Below, piece by piece: positions 46,538-52,135 of a stretch of DNA of 52,135 nt. The translations under genes were made by a program, and so were the position numbers. Each line of letters opens with the position of its first letter. Within the stretch, counting starts at the first letter, position 1. Under the pieces are notes generated by a model, which had not been told where the DNA came from, searched no databases, and saw only the letters and a list, made by a program, of their open reading frames with translations. The stretch is from a virus (Duplodnaviria > Caudoviricetes). The DNA lies in IMG/VR virus record IMGVR_UViG_3300031965_000041, positions 1 to 52,135 of that record, one strand, 5' to 3'.

Positions 46538-46879
46538 TTACCGCGACGGGGCCGCGCGGGGCTCACTCTCTTCCTGCTTCTCCTTGTGCGTCTCGGCCGC
46601 AGCCTTCAACTCCTTTCGCCTTGCCTCGCTCATCGCCAGCAGCCGGTCGATCTCCTTCCGTACCTCCTCCACCTTGGCCCGCTTCTCCGGACCCGACAGG
46701 TTCAGGAGGTTCTTCCCCTCGTTGAGCATCGTGAGGATCAGCTTCTCCTTCTCCTCGGCGTCGGCCTCGAAGTCGGCCGCCCTCTGCAGGATCCCTCCGT
46801 ACATGGCACGACGCATCCAGCCCATCTCCTGCATGAGTCGCAGCGCCCGCTCATTGTCCTTCCGGTTCATCCAAGCCAA
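46538..46879 (-). CDS. Helical hypothetical protein
   Basis: AAGGAGG upstream; charged helical sequence. Confidence 0.55.
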   Translation of the reverse strand: MAWMNRKDNERALRLMQEMGWMRRAMYGGILQRAADFEADAEEKEKLILTMLNEGKNLLNLSGPEKRAKVEEVRKEIDRLLAMSEARRKELKAAAETHKEKQEESEPRAAPSR

Positions 46880-47047
46880 CTACTTACCCTCCTTCTTGGG
46901 GGCCAAGCACAGGAAGTAGTCCGGTGACTTGTCCCCCTTCTTCTTCGTGTTCTTGAACACCATGACACGGGCGAAGCCCAGACTTCCGCTCATGTACTTG
47001 GTCCCGCTCTTACTCTCCGAGGCGAATAGCCCGCAAAGAGTCAACAT
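46880..47047 (-). CDS. Small DUF736-like protein
   Basis: Hand-translated: MLTLCGLFASESKSGTKYMSGSLGFARVMVFKNTKKKGDKSPDYFLCL; GGAGG RBS. Confidence 0.6.
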   Translation of the reverse strand: MLTLCGLFASESKSGTKYMSGSLGFARVMVFKNTKKKGDKSPDYFLCLAPKKEGK

Positions 47048-47048
47048 G

Positions 47049-47447
47049 TCATTGGCCACTGTGCCCTCCCGGTATCGTTTCCACCACGCGCCGACCGCGA
47101 ATCACCTTCAACTCGTGCGGCCCGTAGGCTCGCCATAGATTCTTGTCCCGCTTGAACTTGCTCGTCTCGTGCCCCTTTACGTCCTCCGTCCACTCGATCC
47201 CATCCAGCCCCGTGACAAGGAAGTCAGCGACGTACACATTCTCGGGCACCCCGAGATGGTACTTGGGCTGGCGCCTCCACCGCTGGATGGTCCCGGCGCG
47301 CAGCATGACGTCCAACTGGAAGGCGCGTAGGGCCTCCTCTTTGCTGGCGTACCAGACTCCGTTGTATTCGGTGCGCTCGTTGCGGTACTTCGATCTCGGC
47401 CGCATGCGGCTGAGGATCGCTGCGGCGATCTCGCGGCGGCTACTCAT
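47049..47447 (-). CDS. DUF1064-like endonuclease
   Basis: SKYRNERTEYNG..ASKEEA..RQPKY..YVADF..EDVKG. Confidence 0.85.
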   Translation of the reverse strand: MSSRREIAAAILSRMRPRSKYRNERTEYNGVWYASKEEALRAFQLDVMLRAGTIQRWRRQPKYHLGVPENVYVADFLVTGLDGIEWTEDVKGHETSKFKRDKNLWRAYGPHELKVIRGRRVVETIPGGHSGQ

Positions 47448-47886
47448 CTTGGCCTTTATCGAGCGCGGCGCGGATTCGCTTCTGGAGCATGCCGAGGTCC
47501 AGAAATCGAGTATCTCCCAAAGCAATAAGCTCCCTCGCTCTCCGGATCCCATGCATGATGGTGGTGTGGTCCCGGTTGTACATGCGCCCGAGGTCGACGA
47601 GGCTCGTACCCAGGTACTTCTGTGTGAGCATCCATGCTATCCAGCGTGTCCTGACGAAAACAGTGCACCGACTTGGGCCGAGCAACGACGTGATGGAACA
47701 GAGGTAGAACTCGGCGACGAGGTCCCTGATCGTATGGCGGTTCCGCGGGGTGTCCTCGAATGTGCTCACTTGTGCTTCACCCTTGCGCCCGGTTGCCCTG
47801 CACTCATCGCACGGCCCGAGTGGGCTATCGTCCCAGGCCATTTCCTCACCGCACTCAGGGCACAATTCAATCCGCAGATCGCTCAC
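47440..47886 (-). CDS. DnaA domain-IV-like HTH protein with possible N-terminal zinc finger
   Basis: RWIAWML...SLVDLGRMYNRDHTTIMHGIRR; CPEC..CDEC. Confidence 0.8.
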   Translation of the reverse strand: MSDLRIELCPECGEEMAWDDSPLGPCDECRATGRKGEAQVSTFEDTPRNRHTIRDLVAEFYLCSITSLLGPSRCTVFVRTRWIAWMLTQKYLGTSLVDLGRMYNRDHTTIMHGIRRARELIALGDTRFLDLGMLQKRIRAALDKGQDE

Positions 47887-48227
47887 TCCTTCTTTCCGCG
47901 CCAGGGCCACGACTCTTGACACTTCAGGTACGCGGCTAAGATGCCCGCGTCTGTGTCGCACTTCGAGTCGTCCAGGCTGCGCTGGTACGCCGCCAGTTCC
48001 TCCGCGTCCATCTCCTGCATGCCGACGGCATCCAAAAGTTCCTCCCGCGCCTGCTTCCGGCACCAATCGCGGAGATAGCGCAGTTCGGACTCGATGATGC
48101 GCCTTATCTTGCGCATGCGCGGCAAGGAGTCCTCTGATCCCTCTGTCCATCCACGCGCCGTTCGGATGCGCAGATAGGCTCGGTACGCCCGCTTGTGCAG
48201 GTCCGGCTGCTTACGCTGCTTCGCCAT
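47883..48227 (-). CDS. Hypothetical protein
   Basis: AGGAG RBS; coupling to the next gene. Confidence 0.55.
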   Translation of the reverse strand: MAKQRKQPDLHKRAYRAYLRIRTARGWTEGSEDSLPRMRKIRRIIESELRYLRDWCRKQAREELLDAVGMQEMDAEELAAYQRSLDDSKCDTDAGILAAYLKCQESWPWRGKKE

Positions 48228-48232
48228 TACTC

Positions 48233-48589
48233 CTACTTCAGCAGCGCCGCCAGGGCGCAGTCCGGCGCGTGACCGCCCCCGAACTGACCCCGTGCGCAGA
48301 TCGGGCAGAGGCCACAGGATTCGTTCACATACTCCACCATTTTCAGCACTTCCACCGCGCGCGCCTTCCACTCGCGCAGGGCGTCACGCTCCTTCTCAGC
48401 GCGGTCCCGGGCACGTAGAGACTCTTCAAGCTCAGCCTCGCACTCGGCGAAGGCTTCTTCCTCTTGTCGCAACCGTTTCTCGATGCAATGCGCACACTTC
48501 ACGTCCTCGGGGACGCCGTGCTCGCAATCCTCCGGCGGGTCGGGCGGTTCCGCCGCCGCTTGCCACGCCGACCAGCTACCGCTGTTCAT
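48233..48589 (-). CDS. Cys/His-containing coiled-coil protein
   Basis: CEH..CAHC..CPIC..HAPDC; AAGGAGG RBS. Confidence 0.6.
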   Translation of the reverse strand: MNSGSWSAWQAAAEPPDPPEDCEHGVPEDVKCAHCIEKRLRQEEEAFAECEAELEESLRARDRAEKERDALREWKARAVEVLKMVEYVNESCGLCPICARGQFGGGHAPDCALAALLK

Positions 48590-48853
48590 CGTTCCTCCTT
48601 CCATCCAAGCCGTGGAGCCGCGGGGCCGGGGTTACCGGCTCCGGGGTCCGGCTGCCATACGCATCCCTGGTCAGCCGCCATCTCCGGTCAACGACATGCG
48701 TAAATCGCCAGCGTGTACTTCCACGCCGCCCGCGACTCCCCGAACACTTCATATCTCGACCATAGTGTGAACGATGGCCCGGAACACGTAATCCTTGGCC
48801 TGTTGTTCCGGAGGCAACGATCCGAATGGCACCTCGGGTTACGCGCATGGACT

Positions 48854-50236
48854 TCACGGCAACTCCTCCCGCGTGACGCGGTATCGACCTTTATAGGTGA
48901 CGCCAAAGAACGGCATGTCCTCGAACCGCTCGTCGATGTGGACCGTGAACACGTCACCCGGCTGCAACGTGTTGGGAATGTTGTACGATGCCAGATCAAT
49001 CGGGGTTAGGTCTTCCCCGGTGTCCTCGCCGTCGTCCAACTTGAGAAATAAGGCGGTACCCGGACGAATTGAGATTCCCTCCCCGTTCGTCACACGTTGC
49101 TCTTGAGTATCCGAGAAAGCGTTCAGCCAGTAATACGGCTTGGTGCCGCGGCCACGGAACAAAGCAGTCTGTATCGGGCTAAACCCGGTGTCGTTCCAAT
49201 CCTTCAGGCAGCACACCATCACCACCCAACTACCGAACTGCCGCGTGTACACGTGGTAGCCGTCCGGTGTCACTTCCGTTTGCACCGGCCCTGCTTTGTC
49301 AAGCGGAATGTCCCATCGAACAATCGGCTGCGCCCAATACCACTCCCACCCATCCACGTACCACGCATATTTCCCGAGATGGACCATCGAATGTACATCC
49401 GGTTGAATGATCGCCTGCCATCCGAGGGCTGCAACGTACTGATCCTCCCGCATCCAGCCCTTGAAACCATCCTCCTTGATCGAAGGAAGGTGGATGTGGG
49501 GACCTGGATCTCGCGTCAGCTCCCCCTTGATCCTTGTGTACGCATCTCCCCATTCCCGGTAGGGCGCGGACAGCGTCCACTCCAGCAGTCTGCCCGCGCC
49601 GCATCCATCGAATCCGCGGTTGTTCAATACGATGGGAAAGTGTTCACCCGCGGCAGCGTTGAGCGCACGGACCGCTTCCTTGTGGAGTTCGACGAACTCG
49701 GGACTACCAAGATCAACCCCGAGTTCCTCACACAAGCCCCCACTCAGAATGTTAAGGTTCCAGGTCGTGTGGGAGATGTTGTCCAGGAAGATTCCGGAGA
49801 ATTCTTCTGGGACGGTGTCCCGCATGTACTGAAGCAGCGCAGCTCTGACTTCGTCATTGTAGATGTTGACCAAACAGCGGGTGTCGTTGTAGACGCGACA
49901 CCTTTCGCCTTTGGCGTAGGGTTGATCCCGCATGGAGGTTTGCGTTTCCTCCCCGTAGTGCAGGTAGGCCCGCTCCCCTAACCCTATTTCTTTGTAATAC
50001 AAGTCCTCGGCCTGGCCGACGTAGTCGTCGCTCCCGCTGTTGTACGCCACGAACTGCGTGGTGCCGTGCTTCCACGGGTACAGCGTGACCTCTGGATTGC
50101 GGTCGGTGCATACGATTATCTTTGGTCTGATGTGGTAGTCCACGTATGCGATCTGCTCATCTGGGATCGTCATGCCTTCGTTGTACGAGACCAGACCGAC
50201 CCTAAACCAAGGATACTCCCGCTTTGGAATGTTCAT
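48854..50236 (-). CDS. Putative glycoside hydrolase (TIM barrel)
   Basis: FSGIFLDN, IVLNN, GRLLE, HVYTRQF. Confidence 0.6.
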   Translation of the reverse strand: MNIPKREYPWFRVGLVSYNEGMTIPDEQIAYVDYHIRPKIIVCTDRNPEVTLYPWKHGTTQFVAYNSGSDDYVGQAEDLYYKEIGLGERAYLHYGEETQTSMRDQPYAKGERCRVYNDTRCLVNIYNDEVRAALLQYMRDTVPEEFSGIFLDNISHTTWNLNILSGGLCEELGVDLGSPEFVELHKEAVRALNAAAGEHFPIVLNNRGFDGCGAGRLLEWTLSAPYREWGDAYTRIKGELTRDPGPHIHLPSIKEDGFKGWMREDQYVAALGWQAIIQPDVHSMVHLGKYAWYVDGWEWYWAQPIVRWDIPLDKAGPVQTEVTPDGYHVYTRQFGSWVVMVCCLKDWNDTGFSPIQTALFRGRGTKPYYWLNAFSDTQEQRVTNGEGISIRPGTALFLKLDDGEDTGEDLTPIDLASYNIPNTLQPGDVFTVHIDERFEDMPFFGVTYKGRYRVTREELP

Positions 50237-51198
50237 GGACGTACCTCAATACTTCCTGTTTTCGTGTCATGGTTCGCCACTACCCACGCCTTCTCATATT
50301 CTTTCCTCCACTCACCGTTCCGGACCTCGGGGTCACCCGACGCCGGTAGACCAAGATCCAACTCGAACTCCGGCATCCAGACCTCGGACTGATGCAGCCC
50401 TTGAGCTTCGCTCGCAGCAAACACCGTGTCGGGCCGCAGCAGGCTGCACGCCAGACCGTACAGGTGGTACGGCGCCGATGCGTGGACGATGTGCAGCCTG
50501 CGAAACCCTGAGACCGGCGACGTGTGGCGCTCGTAGATCGGCCGGAAATGCCGCTCCAGATCCTCATAGAACCCTTGGTACGTTTGCGCCTGCCAGGAAC
50601 TGCCAAGGTTCTCAATCATGCGGCCGTTGAGCGGCCAGCCAAAAGTGTTGCGCCCGTTGCCGATCATCTGCGGATTGTCGCCGCGCAACCGGCACAGCGC
50701 GTAATGCAACATCTGCATCCACACGGCCTCATCTATCCAAGGCGCTTTCCACTTCATCGAGTTGCAGTTGTCCAGATAGATGCGCGTGTTGGCGCGCATC
50801 GAATCGGCCACCAAACCCGCCCAGATCGCCGCCGTCACCGGCAACTGCCAGTTCAGCAGAGCGCCGCGCCCGTCCGGGTAGTCAACAGCCGGAGTGCGCG
50901 AGTTGGGCCTGGTTTGGCCAAAAGGAGGAAGCCAAAGCGCATGTAGCGAAGCCGCCCCACCAATGTGATAGACGAACTTCTCCGGTGGGTGCTCGGCCCA
51001 GTTCTTCCATGCCCCGGCCATGTCGTAGTAATCCCATACCTCGGTGTGGCCAAACTCCAGATCCGGGTGCTCAAGCCGGTGGTCGTTGTTCAAAATAAGC
51101 ATGTCGAAATCAGCGAACCGAGCACGCTCGAAGTCGTCACCGCGGACGCCGCCCAACCAGAGCTTACAGATCCGCGGAGTTCCTTCCTTACCGATCAT
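50233..51198 (-). CDS. Putative glycoside hydrolase (TIM barrel), similar layout to the adjacent gene
   Basis: ADFDMLIL, IYLDN, MIGNG, NGRMIE, LDLGLP, WRKEYEKAWVVAN. Confidence 0.6.
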   Translation of the reverse strand: MIGKEGTPRICKLWLGGVRGDDFERARFADFDMLILNNDHRLEHPDLEFGHTEVWDYYDMAGAWKNWAEHPPEKFVYHIGGAASLHALWLPPFGQTRPNSRTPAVDYPDGRGALLNWQLPVTAAIWAGLVADSMRANTRIYLDNCNSMKWKAPWIDEAVWMQMLHYALCRLRGDNPQMIGNGRNTFGWPLNGRMIENLGSSWQAQTYQGFYEDLERHFRPIYERHTSPVSGFRRLHIVHASAPYHLYGLACSLLRPDTVFAASEAQGLHQSEVWMPEFELDLGLPASGDPEVRNGEWRKEYEKAWVVANHDTKTGSIEVRP

Positions 51199-51734
51199 TG
51201 GACGATCCTTCCTGTCGCTACCCTGCGATCATCTTTGCCGTTGATCGCCACCCACCGGTCACCTCGCACGTCCAGCGCCTCCAGGTGCCACCCGTTGCTG
51301 ATCGGACCCGTCGGTATCTGCACGTTGCCCCACAGAAGGGTTCCATCCTCATCACGGAAGCAGAAGAGATGCCCGGTGAAGGTGGCGACGTAGACTCTGC
51401 CGGCATCCCAAGCCACTCCTCTCGGATGATCGTGGTCTGAGGAGATTGTGGTGTCGTCCACCGCCACGCCGTACTCGTACACGCCGCCTCCGGTGAGCCG
51501 GTGCAGCATTGATGGGTGCTCCGTCACGATGTACACGTTGCCCGAGTCGTCCACCGCGCAGTCGAAGCGGCTCTGGGGAAATCCGAAGCTCGGCCCGTAG
51601 TGGGTCAGATTCAGACTCGGGGCCTGCTGGATTGCGAGTGTCGGCGGGCGCAGTTGGTGGGTGCGCTGGAACTCGGGGGCTGCGGGTTTCTCCCCGCACG
51701 CACAGAGGAGGAGCAGGAGGAGCAAGGCTCTCAT
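51195..51734 (-). CDS. Lipoprotein with beta-propeller-like repeats
   Basis: MRALLLLLLLCAC; AVDDSGNVYI, PRGVAWDAGRVYVA. Confidence 0.7.
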   Translation of the reverse strand: MRALLLLLLLCACGEKPAAPEFQRTHQLRPPTLAIQQAPSLNLTHYGPSFGFPQSRFDCAVDDSGNVYIVTEHPSMLHRLTGGGVYEYGVAVDDTTISSDHDHPRGVAWDAGRVYVATFTGHLFCFRDEDGTLLWGNVQIPTGPISNGWHLEALDVRGDRWVAINGKDDRRVATGRIVQ

Positions 51735-52135
51735 CGGCGCAGCCCCGAGGGCAGGGGGTGATCGTAGCCCTCCAGGTACAGCCACCCGTCGACCGTCGTC
51801 AGCCCCGCGGGCAGAGGGTGACCGTAGCCGCGCAGGTCCAGCCACCCGCCGACCGTCGTCAGCCCCGCGGGCAGAGGGTGACCGTAGCCGCGCAGGTCCA
51901 GCCCCCCGCCGACCGTCGTCAGCCCCGCGGGCAGGGGGTGACCGTAGCCGCGCAGGTCCAGCCCCCCGCCGACCGTCGTCAGCCCCGCGGGCAATGGATG
52001 ATCGTAGCCGCGCAGGTCCAGCCACCCGTCGACCGTCGTCAGCCCCGCGGGCAATGGATGACCGTAGCCGCGCAGGTACAGCGACCCGTCGACCGTCGTC
52101 AGCCCCGCGGGCAATGGATGATCGTAGCCCTCCAG
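51731..52135 (-). CDS. 3' part of the 20-aa repeat protein (continuation of the ORF starting at 594)
   Basis: Open from the window end: LEGYDHPLPAGLTTVDGSLYLRGYGHPL...; its stop is coupled to the lipoprotein ATG. Confidence 0.85.
   Translation of the reverse strand: MEGYDHPLPAGLTTVDGSLYLRGYGHPLPAGLTTVDGWLDLRGYDHPLPAGLTTVGGGLDLRGYGHPLPAGLTTVGGGLDLRGYGHPLPAGLTTVGGWLDLRGYGHPLPAGLTTVDGWLYLEGYDHPLPSGLRR
51745..52135. repeat. 60-bp tandem repeat, about 6 units (right part of array)
   Basis: Lines 51781-52081 align at a 60-nt period; same unit as 1-235. Confidence 0.95.

Noticed and set aside
51745-52135. CRISPR array (also 1-235)
   Set aside because: Units are contiguous 60-mers with no unique spacers and encode an in-frame peptide repeat; no cas genes.

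Overview
This window looks like a near-complete, high-GC tailed phage genome with siphovirus-like architecture (long TP901-type tape measure, tail tube, no sheath). It is opened inside one gene: the same 60-bp tandem repeat runs off both ends, and a minus-strand ORF starting at 594 continues into 52135->51731. Almost all genes are on the minus strand with ATGA/GTGA translational coupling. The modules are replication/recombination (initiator with iterons, RecT- and RecE-like genes, DnaA domain-IV proteins, a parS-like site, a non-canonical CAT tRNA), a Cro-like regulator, and a plus-strand early island with a duplicated promoter cassette. These are followed by lysis, tail, head (fused protease-scaffold-capsid), packaging, a Mor-like activator and glycoside-hydrolase-like genes. 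I found no integrase, DNA polymerase, ParA/ParB, reverse transcriptase or CRISPR array. Five things stand out. (1) Two ~1.2-kb host-defence-type segments (an M.HgiDII-like C5 methylase; a PD-(D/E)xK protein plus truncated Ser/Thr kinase) appear grafted just behind the start codons of resident phage genes and are fused in frame to those genes' C-termini. (2) A glycan-modifying toolkit and signal-peptide proteins are embedded in virion modules. (3) The early island is laid out like an acr-aca locus. (4) There is a parS site without par genes. (5) There is a frameshifted Acb2/Tad1-like gene. Family names come from motif recognition by eye and need HMM or structure confirmation.
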